NCBI GenBank assembly: GCA_026936335.1
Contig: JAPMXV010000010.1
Span: 62,001-126,000 of the forward strand
DNA from: Mantamonas sphyraenae STR306
Lineage: Eukaryota > Protista > CRuMs
Direction: 5' to 3'
Length of the DNA: 64,000 nt
Shown here: positions 1 to 13,916 of the stretch, in pieces
Position numbering within the stretch: the stretch's first letter is position 1
How the letters are laid out: each line of letters begins with the position of its first letter
Notes under the pieces: model-generated
Told to the model about the DNA's origin: nothing
The model's input: only the letters and a program-made list of their open reading frames with translations
Database searches by the model: none
Program-made: the position numbers and the translations under genes

Positions 1-2222
1 ATGGGCGTGTGCACAGCTTCGTTGCCGCTGTTCAGGATCTTGATGGGGTCGGTCAGGTCGGCCACACTCTGCAGCACTTCGGGTTCGCTGTCGTCGCCCT
101 CCTCGCCGCCCAGCATTGCTTCCAGTGCTTTGGACGACAGCTCCTCGATGGCGTTTTGCATCTTCTCCACAAACACCTTCTTCTGCTCCGGCTCGTCCAG
201 CAGAACGGTGATCTCGTTCTGTGTGGGCCACTCCACCTTGAGCAGCTCGTCGCCCATGATGCCCGACTTTCCCAGATCCAGCAGACGCGAGGACATCAGT
301 TCCACGCGTTCCAGGAACTGGTATTTGTCACGCTTCAGCGGCACCGCAAAGATGAGGATGTCGTTGAAGAGGAACAAGCTCACGGGCCGCCCTTCGTGGT
401 CGCCTCCAATCTGTGTGGTGCTCAGCTCGTACAGGAACGTGCGGTACGCGTCCACAATTGGCTCAAACTCGCCCACCAGCGAGTCCTGCACTGCGATCAT
501 CTTGATACGATCCTCAGAGCCCTTGATGGACTCGTTCATGGTGCGTCCCACCGCATCCATCTTTTCCGCCGCCTCGTTGAGGCCCTCGTAGTCCGGGTGC
601 GAGGGGATGGTGGGTTTGATCAGGTCGCGCAGCAGCAGGTTGTACCTCGGAATGCGCTGCACGGGCATGATGAGGAATGAAGACAGGTCCAGGCCGTTGG
701 CCTCGGGTTTGTTCTTGCACTCCAGCAGAAACTCGACAAACACGGGGTTTTCCCGCAGCTCGCCCACCTTGTCCGATGCAAGGTTGTAGTTTGCGTAGTA
801 CGGCGCATACACGTCCAGCTCGTCCATCTGCACGCAAGAGTATGGTGTGTTGGCGGTTGTCAGTTACGTTTGCGCCGTTCACTCACAGCACAGTGCGTGC
901 ACACAGACACAGACGCGCGAAAAAGGAAAGCGTGTGGCGGGAACGTAGCGTTTTGGCCGGTGTTTTCTCGCACACACGGGTTTGCGAAACGTCTGTTCAC
1001 ACACACGCCTGCACACAGGACGCACACACACACACACATGCACACACAACGTACCACATCCAGGAAAATGTCGGACATGTACTGCAGCGCAGACCACTTG
1101 CTGATGCGCTCTTCGAATCGCGCCAGCAGACGCGAGTTGACTTCGATGATGTCCTCCATGTTGGAGAACAGAAGCTCGACGTCTGATTTGCTCATCTTCA
1201 GCTCGTCCAAACGCGCCATCATAGGTTCTTTCAACACCTGCGCGCATGGTGCCATGCGTACGCCATCCACGTGCACGCCCCTACCGTGTCAGCGTCGCCC
1301 TCAGGACTCGCACACGCTCACACTGCCTTTTTGGGAGCCGACGGGAGGGTCGCCAGTCACATTGCCTCCTCTCTGCGCGAGCCTCTCGTTCGACCCCAGC
1401 CCACAGGGACTCACAACCCACCTTGATGGACGCCTTGAGCGAATTGACGTATGACCGTTCCGACGTCATGATCTCTGTGGCCGTCATGTTGCGCAGCTTG
1501 GCCTTTTTGACTGCGCAGTGGTTCCCGAACCAGCCCCCGCCAGTGCCGGTTCGTTTTTCGTGTTAGCGTTTTGGCCCTCCTCCACACCACCTGTCCCTCC
1601 TCACTCCCGCACATGCACACCCCCTCCTTTGCTCCCATCCCATCCAGACGTCGCCGTCTTGCCACCCGCGCCTTTGCGACATCCTCCCCTCGCCTGCCGC
1701 CGTTGTCCCATTGGGCATCCTTTGCCTCAAGAGGGCCGACGAAAACCTACAAGCCTTCTTGAACTTCTTGCGGTTGCGGAACGACACGTAGCATTTGCGG
1801 ATCGAGTTGGCTGCCTCGTGCACATCGTCCCACCGTTTCTGCGCCCACCGCGGGTCTGCAAACGGGTCGTCTTCGTCCAGGGCGTACGCGTCGTCTGCAA
1901 ACGCCGCGGGCGGCTTGGGCGGCGGCACCGCAAGCGCCCCGTCGCTCACGCCCTCGGGCTCCGAATGCGTAAACTTGGTGCCCTCCCGCTCCGCCTTGAC
2001 AAACAGCGACTGTGTGCTGTATGTGCCGGGCGGCCGCGGTGCGTCCTTCAGCGGCGCAGACGGGAACTGAGTTTGCCCGTCGCACCCGGTCACCGGATTG
2101 CCCGTGTCGTCGTCTTCCCATTCAAAGTTTTCATACACGTCCGAGTCAGCAGACTCATTCGAGCCAGACGACAACACCGACGACGCGCCGGGTGTCGATG
2201 CCCCTCCGTCAGTCGTGCTCAT
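1..2222 (-). CDS. RhoGEF (DH-PH) protein, runs off the left edge; exons ~2222-1751, 1510-1422, 1237-1055, 827-<1
   Basis: The spliced translation gives DH hallmarks (EIMTSERSYVNSL; SFLIMPVQRIPRYNLLLRDL; HPDY). GT-AG junctions keep the frame. The start codon is uncertain. Confidence 0.85.
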
Positions 2223-2332
2223 CGCCAACAAGTGTGGGTTTCGTTGCCACCTACGGCGACGGTTCTCCCTGCCCATCCCATGCGCCACTCCCACCTGGAG
2301 AACATCAAAAGACATCTGCTTTCTTCATCTCG

Positions 2333-4923
2333 TCACCACTCTTCATGCTCCCTCTCCTCAAGCTGCTTCTGCTGCCCACGCACATACCGCGGCATCTTTC
2401 CCCGCTTCGCTACCCCTTGCCGCTGCTTCAACCCTCCTTGCCGTTGGCTCGCCATCAATTCCGACGTCGGGTCGTACACACCCTCCTCTTCCCCTGCTCC
2501 TGACCCGCCTCCGTTCCGCTTCGTGCCCAGTGGTGCGTCGTAAAGCCGCAGTTTGTACTGGTCTGCAAAGATGTTAAACTCGTACAGGCTGTGCAGCAGC
2601 TTCGCATTGGCTTCCGCCTGCTCCAGGTCTTTGTACAAGTCGGTCTGATCTGTCAGCGTGTTGCCGCCTTCCGCTTCCTCCCATGTCGGCGTCTGGTACA
2701 CCACCGTCGGGTCGTACTCGCCCTTTGTGTACAGCTGCGACAGCCGCTTGAACTTTTTCAAATACTTGAATCCCGTGTCGATGGCCTGCTGGCTGTCCCT
2801 CGACTTGTTTGCAAGCTTTGCCGCCTTCTTCAATTGTTTTTCCACGTGCGTCATCCTGTCCGACTTGCCCACCTGTGGACCCTTGCCCAACCCGCTTGCC
2901 TTGCTGCGCCTGCTCGCCCCACTCTTTCCACTCGCCGCGCTCGCCTGCGACGGTGGCCTCGGCCCTCCTCCCGTCTGATTGCCCTCCCCGTCTTCACTCA
3001 CCAAGCTGAGTGCGTCCAGCGCTCCGTTGGTGCTCAGCAGCGTCAACGCCTTTTCGTCCAGTTGTACTCCGCCCAAATGCGTGCGTGCCTTGAGGAAACG
3101 CTCAAACGTCTCTGTCAGCTGTGCGTACTCGCTCGAGCGTTTGCTGAGCTCGTGTTTGAGCAGTGTGTTTCGGTCCTTGGCGTCTGCCAGCTTGCGCTCC
3201 AATTGGTTGCGCTCCGTTGTCAGCGTCTCAAACTCGTGCAGCAGCTTGTTGTACTTCAGAGACAAGTCTTCGCTCTGCTGCACTAGCCGTGTCACCATGC
3301 TCTGGATCGTGTTGGACCCTTCGGGTCCCTTTCTGTCCAGCTGCATCTTGATGATCCTGTGTCGCAGGTGTTCCTTCTCTTGGTTCAGCTCAAGGATCTT
3401 GCTCGACGCAAGCTCCAGCTGCTTCTGCCACTCCATCGACACACGCGACACACTTTCCTCCTTTTCAATAATCACTGCGTTCTTGCGCTCAATCAGCTCG
3501 TAGCACTCCTCCAATTGCTTCTGGATCTGCACACACTGCCCGCGATACTTTTCTGCCTGCGAGTTCTGCGATGCCACTTCTGCCTCCAGCTGCCGCACAG
3601 TCATCTTCATCTCGTTCTGGTGCTGCGACTTGAGCGTCTCCAAGTGTTTCTTGTGGTTGCTGCGCAGTTTTGCAATTTCCTCCTCGTGCTTGCCCAGCAG
3701 CGATTGGAAGTCACTTCCTTCGATCAGACTCATGATCTTGGCATCCTTCGCCGTAATCATGTCGTCGTACAGCTGGTCCTTCGTCCGCACAATGTACTTG
3801 ATTTCCTGGTCATACTTTTGCATCTGCGTGTTCAGCTTCTCCTCCAACTTTGCCGCCTCTGTGTTGAACAGAAACTCTGCCGTCGTGCGGTATTCGTCAA
3901 ACTGTGTCTGCATCGCATACAGGATCGCCTGCTGCTCACGCAAAAGCTGCCGCTTGTCCTCGTACTGCATCACCTTGTAGTTTTCAAACTCGTTCTTCAG
4001 CCGCTCATACTCTGCCTTGTGGATGGCCTTGAATGCGTCTTGCTCCAGCTGACTTGTTTCCACAAAGTCGTCGTACTCCTGTTTCAGGCCCTCGATAAAC
4101 TGTGGTGCGTCCCGCGTGTTGTTTTGTGTCAGGGCCGATGCTCTCCAGCCGACACCCGCCTTGCTCCTGTTCATCACACACTCGCCCAACCGCCACGCCT
4201 GACCACACACAACGCGTACGACACAAAGTCACACGCAACATCCACTGGACAGCTTCGTCCATGCTTCGGCCGTCCTTGTGTGGACGTGGGCAAGGAAGCG
4301 TTGGGCGGCTGAGGAAAACGGTCACTTACCTTTTTGTTGCCCTGCAACTGGTTCTGCAGCCTGCTGTTCTTCTTGTTCGCCTCCGTGGCAATGGAGATGA
4401 GCTGTTTCTTAAGAAGATCCAGTTGTCGCGAGCTCTCCTCAGCTTTGCGCTTGTTTTCGGCCGCATTCTTCACTTCCTCGTCCAGCGAATCCAGAATCTG
4501 CTCCTTCTCAGAGAGCTTCGCCGTCAGGTCCTCGATCCACAACTGTTGTTCCTTGTTCTTCGACTCCATTTTGCGCAGCTCCCTGTCACTGCGTGCTGCG
4601 GCCGTCTTCATCTCGTCCAGAGTCAGCTGCAACTTGTTCATCTCCTGACGCGTCAGCAGAAGCTCCTCCTTCGCCATGTCTGCCATCTGCTTCTTGTCAC
4701 CCATGTCCTCCGGTGTTTTGTTCCGCTCGTTGGCACCCGCCCCATTTGACTTTTGCAGCTCCTCCACCTTGGCAGACGCCGTTTTCAACGCCTGCCGCAG
4801 CTCTTCAACCTGGCCCTTTGCCGTCTCCAACTGCCCGCCCTGTGCCTCATACTTCTGCTCCAGGTCCATGTACTCCGCCTTAAGCTGGTTCAGCGCTTTG
4901 TAGCGCGCCTGCTCGTCCGACAT
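2333..4923 (-). CDS. Long coiled-coil protein of unknown function; exons 4923-4330 and 4099-2333
   Basis: Two E/K/Q-rich heptad-like ORFs joined by a GTAAGT...CACAG intron. Confidence 0.75.
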
Positions 4924-5241
4924 GGCTTGGATTTGTGTTGGCTCCAACGGGGTTTCATCCCGCGTGCGCTCACCACATCTGCCCCTACTCCATCCGCGAC
5001 CCACATCTACCATGTCTGCTATGTCCACGCTTTTCACTTTATGGTTGATATGTACACCTCGTCCTCCCAACACTCTCGCCGTCGACGCCTCTTCTCCACC
5101 ACGCACTCATCTGCGGGCCTACGCGTGTCTAGGTCCTCACAGACGCACACACTCACACACACGCACGCGTGCGCCCAAGTGAAATGCTGCTGCCACTGCT
5201 GCCACTGCTGCCACGCTGTTTGGCTGGGCCACCCTCGTCGT

Positions 5242-6579
5242 TTACAGAAAGTAGTCCGGCGTGCGGCGCGTCACATGCGGCTCGCCACGACGCGGCGCAG
5301 GGTCAAACTGCAGAAAGTTGTGCTTCAGGTGCTCGTCCACTTCCATGATCGCTGCCTGGTTGCCGCACCGGTAGCAGTAGTTCGGCGCAGAAAAGATCGT
5401 CACCACCTGCTCGGCGTGCGACCAGTTGTATCCCTCCATCACCAGCTGGTGAGCGCGCGACACAAGCTTCAAGCCGTTGGTGCGGTTGAACTGCTCGCTG
5501 ATGTCCTGGCCAAACGTGTAGCCCGCTCCGCGAGGCGAGATGCCCCATCCACAGCGGTCGTCCGGGTCCGACCACAGCAGATCACACATCGGTCCCTCGT
5601 GCGGCACCTCCTGGATGCGATCCAACGATCGGATGTGCTCCAGCGTGTCGATCGACGGCGACAGTCCTCCGTGCAGGCAGAAGATCTGGCTCTCGATCAG
5701 CGCCGTCAGCGGAAGGTAGTCAAACAGGTCCGTAAAGTACTTCCACACATTTGCGTTGCCGTACTTGCGCAGGCACTCGTCGTAGAAGCCATACCTGCAC
5801 GTGTGTGCACACTCCCTTGTCAGCAACCCTTCCTCCTCTCGCAGTCCTTTGCCTTTCTTCTTCCTTCTGCTCTCTCGCGCGCGTTTTTTCCTTCTGCCCG
5901 CACACACTCACTCAGCCCCACAACTCACACTTGCGTGATCTGACGCGACTCGTGGTTGCCTCGCAGGATTGTCACACGGTCCTTGAAGCGCACCTTGAGT
6001 GCCACCAGCAGCGACACTGTCTCCACGCTGTAATAGCCGCGGTCGACGTAGTCGCCCATGAACAGATAGTTGGTGTCTGGGCATTCGCCGCCGATGCGGA
6101 ACAGCTCCTCCAGGTCGTGGAACTGTCCGTGGATGTCGCCGCACACCGTCACCGGCGCGCTCACAGGCTGCACATTCGACTCTTCGATCAGCACCTCGCG
6201 TGCCTGTGTCCATACGACGTTGTACCACACGTAAACACCGGCCCCAAAACGCAAAACACACCACACAAAGCACACGCAAAAACACCTCTGTGTCAGCCAC
6301 TCCATCCCTCACATGTCCAACTGCCCCTCCCATCCTCACACACGCCAATTCGATGATCTCCCCTCCCCGTTTCCTGCCCTCTCTGCCCCTCTTTCATGCC
6401 TGTTTCTGCCTCTAGGCACATGCGGCCCTCTCGGCTGCTTCTCTTTCCATCCACCTCCTTCCCCTCCATACCTTGTCACACAGCTGCTTCACCTGCTTCT
6501 CCGACAGCGGCGTGCACGTCCTCAGGATCTCAATGAAGCCGTCCACGTCGTCATAGTTCTGCTTCTTGATGTCGCTCAT
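5242..6579 (-). CDS. PPP2C: Ser/Thr protein phosphatase 2A catalytic subunit, copy 1; exons 6579-6472, 6203-5929, 5794-5242
   Basis: GDIHGQ, GDYVDRG, RGNHE and SAPNYC motifs plus the diagnostic C-terminus TPDYFL. Confidence 0.96.
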
Positions 6580-6877
6580 GGTTGGGGGTGTCGCTGGAGC
6601 GCAAAAGAGGGAAACTTTTTGGGTTGTTCGGGCTCTCGCGCACTTCTCCACCCACATCCATACCCAGTGCAACAGTACAGACATCCATTGTGCACAGAGG
6701 GTAGAGTGGGAGGAAAGGGGACACAGGGTGGGATGGGCGGCTGGAATGATGGTGATGGCGGTGCTGGGGGAGGGTGAAAGAGCGGGTGGGGAGGAAAAGA
6801 GGCGAGACGAGAAGGAAGCGGCGGATGCGCGCGACGGGAGGCAGTGCAAACACACCAACCAACCAAGACAGGTAACA

Positions 6878-9021
6878 ATGGGCAAGGAGCGTACGAAGAA
6901 GACACGTGAGGCGCCGGCGCCGTATGAGCGCCCGGGCAAGGGTGGCAAGGACGGCAAGTTCTCGCTGAGCGAGGCGACGCCCAAGAACTTTGGCATTGGC
7001 GGCAACGTGCAGCCGCGCCGCAACCTGAGCCGCTACGTGAAGTGGCCGCGCTACGTGCGTCTGCAGCGCCAGCGCCGCGTGCTTCAGCAGCGCCTCAAGG
7101 TGCCGCCTGCGCTGAACCAGTTCACGCGCACGCTGGACAAGAACACGGCGACTGCTCTGTTCAAGTTCCTGAGCAAGTACCGCCCGGAGGACAAGAACGA
7201 GAAGAAGGAGCGTATGCGTGCGATTGCCGAGGCCAAGGCCGCTGGCAAGGAGTACGACCGTGGAGAGAAGCCGCGCGTGGTGAAGTTCGGCATCAACCAC
7301 GTGACCGCTTTGATTGAGATGGGCAAGGCTGCTCTTGTGGTGATCGCCCACGATGTGGACCCGATCGAGGTGAGTGAAGATGGATGTGGGAGGAAGGGGA
7401 GGAGGAGGGAGAGTGTGTGGGAAGAGTGTGGAAGGTGTGTGGGGGGAGTTTTTGTGTGTGAGGCGTGCATGCGAGAGGCGGCAGCAATTTTCTGCATGCG
7501 TGGCAGGGTGTGCTCGGAGGCGGAAGGGAGGCGATGGGCAGTTGTGGAAGGATGGGGGACACGGAGGAGTGGGTGTGCATGGACTCGGAGGTGCATGGGG
7601 AACAGTCCGATGTGTGGCTGTGGAGAAAGGGGAAGGAGAAGCAAAGCGAAAGGAGGCAAAATGTGGTGGTGGCTTTCTCGTTGGATGAGGTCCTGAGGCA
7701 GCATGAGAGCTGTGTGACTGAGGGGCTTGTCTGCCACACGGGAAAGCGCAAGCAGAGAGCGCACGCACAGGCACCTTGTGGACTCGTGTGCGTTGGACCG
7801 ATGGTGGTCTGGCACATGGCCACAGAGTGTGTTTTTGTGGTTTTTGCTTGCGCTTTCTGCAAGGTGTGTGGCCCAGGCAGGCTCATCAGGGCACAGTGCT
7901 CGATGGATCGATGACCCAACGCTGTGCAGAGACGGACGAGTGGGAGGAGTGTGGGGAGGAACGGAAGAGGTGAAAACACGAGGGTGTGTGTGGCGATGCG
8001 AGTTTGAGGACGAGGCGCTTTGAGTGAGATTGGTCGGCGAGGGGGGAACACAGGCTGTGTGTGCAGGACTGGGAGGACTGGGAGTGAAGGGAAGGAGTGC
8101 AGAGAAGAATGGGTGGACGAGAGAAAGAGGAGCAGAGCAGCATGTGCCTGTGCCTGTGCTGATGGGCCTGAAGGGAGACGGGAAACAAGCGTTGGTCGAG
8201 ATGGATGTAAGAGAGAGTGCCTGTGTGCACCCGCTCATGTCCATCTCGTGCCTTCTGTTTGTGTTACCCATTCGCCTTGTCAGACCCTGTCACGCAGGCA
8301 CGGTACCATGCGTATCTGTGTCCTCTTGCGTTCGTCCGCCTTGCTCTGCGCCTCCTCCCGACCCCACGCCCCTGGTACCAGTATCCAACAGCCTTGACCC
8401 CTTCCCGCGTGTCTCTCCTTGCGTGTCTCTGTGTCCTCTACCCGTGTCGTGCATGCAACCCATCTGTGTTTGGCCGCTTGTGTTTGCCTCCTGCACTTGT
8501 CCACCTCGTTGCGCGTCCCTGCACAGCTGCAGTTGGTGATCATCAATCTAGCATGCCTGGGCTTGGTCCAACGAGGAATGAAGTGCGCCTCCTACGCTTG
8601 CGCAACCCCCACACCCACCCCCAACCTTGCGTTGTGTGGCTTTTTTCACAGCACTCGCTCACACACACACACACGCACAATTCCCTGCTTCGCCCGTCTA
8701 CCACAGCTGGTTGTGTGGATGCCCGCTCTGTGCCGCAAGTACGGTGTGCCTTACTGCATTGTGAAGGGCAAGGCTCGCCTGGGCAAGCTGGTGCACATGA
8801 AGACGGCGACCTGCGCCTGCCTGGTTGCGGACGACGTGCGTGCCGGTGACCAGCAGGAGTTCAACTCGCTGACCAGCCAGATCACGAGCGCCTTCAACGA
8901 GGAGCCGCGCCAGGTGCGCAACAAGTGGGGTGGCGGTATCCTGGGTGTCAAGTCTCAGGTTGCCCAGGACAAGAAGCGCAAGGCTGTCGAGGCCGAACTC
9001 GCTTCCCGCAGCAAGTATTGA
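6878..9021 (+). CDS. RPL7A: 60S ribosomal protein L7a (eL8), copy 1; exons 6878-7369 and 8707-9021
   Basis: [46 protein letters not shown]|LVVWMPALC and WGGGILG. Confidence 0.97.
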
Positions 9022-9100
9022 AGAAGCCAACAAACAATCAAACCACCTCTCTTTTTCGCAGTCGATCCATATCCACCCATCCATTGCCTCTCTTCACACT

Positions 9101-11034
9101 TCACATGCCCAGCTGTGCCAGCAGCTGCTCGTTCTTCTCGCACTCGTCCTGAAAGTCGCGCACAGCCTTGAAGTATCGACGTTGCTGGTCAAGCAGGGTC
9201 AGATACTGCTCGTTCAGCTCTTCACTCTCTTGCAGCTGCGCATCTCGTTTCTCCTGTACCTTGTCCAGCGAGCGTTCGACGCCGTCCACGATGCCTGTGA
9301 TCTGCTCGCCAAACTTTTCGCGGCCGCTCTTGGACGAGATCTCCTTGACGTTCTCGTTGATGGACTGGAGCAGAGACAGCTCCTTGCTGATATACTTCTT
9401 TGTGTCGTCCAGCGTGTTGTACTGGCCGTAGTACTTCTTGGTCTCGGACAGAGTACCGGTGACCTGCTCAAACAGCTCCAGGAAGCGCTTCTCGTACTGG
9501 ATCAGCTCCGCACGGCTGGGGATTTCGTCGATCTTGCGCTGGATGCGTGCAATGTCCCTGTTCTTCTTGTTCAGAAGCTGCTTGGCCTTGCCCAGCTTCA
9601 CGCTTTCCTTCTCATGCGTGGCAGTCAGCTTGACCCATCGCTCGTCGTTGTCCAGTTCGCCCTGCTCCTCCTGCATCTGCTGGATGGCGTCACGCAGGTT
9701 CCTCAACTGTCGCCTGCAGTTGGTTTTGAACTCTTCCTGCTGCTCCTCCAGCTTCTGGCTCAGCCCGACGAGGTGTTTCAGCTGTGCAATCACCTCCCTG
9801 TTCTCGTCTGTCTCCTGTGCCTTGAGTTTCTCCGTCTCCTCCACAATGCGCTGGCTGCGTGCCTTTTTCTTGTCCAACTTGCCCTGCGCCTTGCTCAACC
9901 TGCTGGACAGTTGCGTGTGTTCCGCCTCCACCTCGTCAAACTTGGCGCGTGCCAACGCAAGCGTCTTTTGCAGTTTGGCCACCTGCCTGCGGTGGCTCTC
10001 GTCTGCAATCACCTTTTGTGCCTGGGCTTCCGACAGGCCCAGCGACTTGATCTTGTCCTCGTACTCCTGGTGTGCAGACGAAATGGCGTTTGCCTGCTGG
10101 CCCACAATGGAGGACACTGTGGACGACGACACCTTGCCTGAGCTGCCCTCCACCTGGCTGAGGTTGGCCATGATCTCGTTGATCTGCATCTCCTCACGCT
10201 GGATGTCCTCCAGGCTGATGCCGCTCTCCTTCAGCTTTTCGGCAAGCGCACGCGCAGCCTCCTTGGCCTCCTTGTCCTCAGCACTCGCAGCCTCCACGGC
10301 GCCGTCGGCCACCGTTCGTTGTTGCCGTCCGTACTCCAGAATGGCTGCCTGGACGCGCTTCTCTTCGTCGTTGGTGTCGGCCTGCGAGGCCTGCTTGTAG
10401 CGGCGCTTGGGTTTGTATGTCTCGACATTGGTGGACAGGAAGGGCATGGCACGCTTGGCGTTCACCTGTGCTTCAGCGTCTGTGGGCAGTTCGTAGTTCT
10501 TGCGGAACTGGGCTTCGCTAAAGCGGCGCACAAGATCACCCGTCTCCTCTCGGGTTTCCAGCACCTTGGTCACGAGGAAACGGATCGCAGGCAGGATCTC
10601 TTCAAAGTTGAGACCCTGGATATGCTGCGGCTCGAGTCCGTAGTAACCCATTTGGGTCAGGGCCTTGATCAGCGTTTCCGACAGGTCACTGTGCAGCGAG
10701 CAAGGGCGGGTTGAAAAAGCGCGTGAGCAAAACGAGGCTGATGAACGAGAGGGTCGAATTCACGCGCGACCTACATCTTCTCACCCAGGCTCATGTTTTC
10801 GCGGAACACCACGTCGACATCCACGATGACATTAGAGGACTGGATGCCCCACGACAGGCCACCAATGACCTTGTCAAAGGCAGAGAGCGTAGAGATTCGT
10901 GCCCGGAAGTACCCGGCTGCCACGAGCATCTGCACGATCTCGTCCAGCAGAGCCTGCTGGTCGTCGTCAAGCTCGTTGCCTCCTGCAGATCCAACGTCGA
11001 TCTGGCGTCGCTTGGTGGACAAGGAACGTTGCAT
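9101..11034 (-). CDS. CCDC93: Coiled-coil domain-containing protein 93 (CCC/Commander complex); exons 11034-10775 and 10688-9101
   Basis: LVAAGYFRARI..LSAFDKVIGGLSW, LEPQHIQGL and EIPSRAELIQYEKRFLEL. Confidence 0.9.
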
Positions 11035-11157
11035 GGGCGAAAAACGATGTTGGGACCAGCGCAGGCACGTCGAGCAAGAGAGAATGAGATTGGCACTGCA
11101 GGCTGTGCAACACTCTCGAAACAAAGTGTGTGCTGTGTGCGCACACGGAACCAACAA

Positions 11158-11553
11158 ATGGAGGAGCCGGACAACGATCCAACCCAGCTGTATTTGTACA
11201 AAAAAGCACGCCGTCATGGCGGCTTCATGGCGCGGCGTTGCGTCATTTCAGACGGGGAGTTGCTTGTTTACGGCGGCCGAAATAGTTTGAAAGGATGTTA
11301 CAGCCTCGATGGCGTCCAATTGGACAAAGAGGGGCTGCAGACGACGACACGATTCCCAGCCAGTCGTACTTTCGTGCTGGTGTTCCAGACTCCCAATGGA
11401 CCACGGGACATTCTCTTTGCTGCAAATTCCGAGCAAGACAAGCAACTGTGGCTGTCCGACCTCGGCCTCAGCGAGGAGGAGGAGCCAGAGGAAGAAGAGG
11501 AACACGAAATCGTGATTGAAAGCGAGGTGCAGGACCCGCAGGATGCTGCATGA
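11158..11553 (+). CDS. Small PH-domain protein with acidic tail
   Basis: LYKKAR...RRCVISDGELLVY...KGCYSL...FAANSEQDKQLWL matches the PH-fold pattern. Confidence 0.7.
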   Translation: MEEPDNDPTQLYLYKKARRHGGFMARRCVISDGELLVYGGRNSLKGCYSLDGVQLDKEGLQTTTRFPASRTFVLVFQTPNGPRDILFAANSEQDKQLWLSDLGLSEEEEPEEEEEHEIVIESEVQDPQDAA

Positions 11554-11700
11554 ACGCACAGAAAATACAGAGGAGCAGCCACGTTGCATTGGTACAGACA
11601 CATTGTGCGACTGGAGGACCAAAAAGCCATCTCCGAGATGCACACGCGCAACAACACCTCTGCCTCAGGTGAGGCCTGAAGTCTCGTCACTCCTCCTTCG

Positions 11701-13828
11701 TCACTCCTCCTTGACGTCAAACTCTGTCTCGTCGACTTGTTGGATGGGCTTGGGCTGGTTGAGGTACCTCAGGGCCAAGTAGCCGGCAAAGCGGACGACA
11801 ATGATGAGCAGGATGAGCATGCCAAAGTTGAAGCCCTGGTCACGATTGATGTTCTGCTGAGCGAGGATGTCTGCCCCAGAAATCTGAGAGCCCGGGCATG
11901 AAGGGAAGGCGCTAGGCGAGGAGCAGGAGAAGCGGACGGTGTCGTCGCCCCAGTCCTCAAGCAGGATGACAAGTGCAGCCTGGTAGCCGTACTTCAGGAA
12001 GGAGAGGTAGGACACAATCTCGGAAAACACATTGTACACCTGAACGTAGAAGGAACCGAGCAGCATGAAGCCGAGCATGGTCACACCGGCAATGATGAGG
12101 GACTTTGTAAAGTCCATCACGATTGTAGCAAAGAAGATGCCGAAGCTCTGGCCAGCAATGACAATGAGGAGCATCAGTCCGACGAGTGCAAAGTAGCGTG
12201 CAGGGTTGGGACTGAGGCCAGCCATCCAGAAGTAGATGGTGACTGAAATGAACGGGTAGACAAAGTCCACTGGCCATTCGCTCATGGTCTTGGCCATGAA
12301 ATAGGCAGACAAGCGATAGCTAGAGCTGCTTCGTTCCTTGCTGACCACAGCGCGCTCCGACGGAAACGCCGTCAGGATGCCAAACATGGAATTGAAACTC
12401 CAGAACACGACGGTGAAGAAGATGCAACCGAGACGGTCGCTGATGGCCTCCTCGCGATACGGCGTCTGGAACCACAGAATGCCCACGATGAAGGACATGG
12501 CCAGTGTCTGAAAGAGCTGTAGGTTGGACATGGACGTGCCGCGGCGTTGCTTGAACGAACGCTGCGACAAGAGCACAAACTGTGTCCACCAGGTGGTTTC
12601 CCATTTGCGTTCCTCCTTGCTGTCGCCCTGCTGTTCCTCCTCGCCCTGCTTCGCCTTGCCTGTGCCCTTGGTGTTGTCTTCGCCCCCGTCTGCCGTCACC
12701 AGCGCAGCCTCTGCATCGTCGCCATGCGTGTGAAACTCTGCCCGTTTGCTCGGCTCCATTTCCTTCCATGCCTCGACCAGATTGGCCTTGATGGGAGTGC
12801 GCGTGGTGTCCAGATCCTCGAGGGTGACCAGGTCGAGCACGTGGTCCGCAATGTTGTAGTGTTGCGGGCACGGATGGCCCATCTCCTTGAAGTAGTGTGC
12901 AACCTTGCGCGTGTGGCCGTGGTACACGACCTTGCCGTCTGCAAGCAGCAGCAACTTGTCGCACATGGAAAACAAAAGAGACGACGGCTGATGGATGGTC
13001 GTCACCACCGTGCGTCCACTGTGCACAGCGAGCGACTTGAGGATTCGGAACAGCTGTGTGGCTGTGCTCGAATCAAGGCCACTGGTCGGTTCGTCCAGCA
13101 ACAGCACTGCAGGCTCGGCAATCAGCTGCTCCGCAATGTTGACACGCTTGCGCTCGCCACCAGACACCCCTCGCACCATGGCACTACCCACGATCGTGTC
13201 CTTGCACTTGGTCAGGTTCAGCGTCTGGATCAACGCATCCACCTTGGCCTCCTTATCCTCCTTGGACATCTCACGCGGCAGCTTCAGCATGCCCGACAGC
13301 ATAAGAGTCTCTTTCACCGTCAGGTTGGCAAAGAAGAGGTCGTCCTGCAGGCAATACCCGATTCGGCGTCGCATGCGCTTGTCCACAGTTCGTCCGTTCA
13401 GCGTCATCCTCCCCGAGATCGCGGCGTCCGTGTTGGCGTACGGACGACCAGCCAGGATGTTGAACAATGACGTTTTTCTGTGGCGCCCATATTGAGGTTA
13501 GGTCGTGTGTGAGTGCTGTGGCCTGAGCCGGAATCACGCAACGTTGTCGGGAACCTGTTCTTGGAAATGTTCACACCGGTCCGTGCTCGAGACACGCAAC
13601 TCACCCTGATCCAGACGGTCCCATGATGGCCAACACCTCGCCCGGGTTCGCCTGTCCACTGACGTTTGTCAACACACGCTTCGTGGTCGACGTCTTGCCC
13701 ATGTGGGTGGTGATGTTCAGGTTGACGTTTTCGAACCTCAGCGTCAGGGGCTCGCTCACGGGCGAAATGGCCTCCTGAATGTCATCGATGGAGATGCTGA
13801 TCTCCTCCATTGGCAGGGTGTCTCCCAT
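11701..13828 (-). CDS. ABCG (White-family) half transporter; exons 13828-13605 and 13477-11701
   Basis: Walker A GPSGSGKT across the intron, signature VSGGERKRV, Walker B LLLDEPTSGLD, TIHQP, then a C-terminal TM domain. Confidence 0.93.
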
Positions 13829-13916
13829 GGCGGTCGGGCTGTTGGGTCAAAAGTGGTCCGGGCAGCGCACGAGCCGCACCAACCATTTCAACCGTTCCCT
13901 TTCGTCTTTGTGCGCC

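Larger units (their letters stand above)
4927..9391 (+). repeat. Segmental duplication copy 1 (~4.47 kb)
   Basis: Near-identical to 48045-52517 in the same orientation. Confidence 0.95.
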
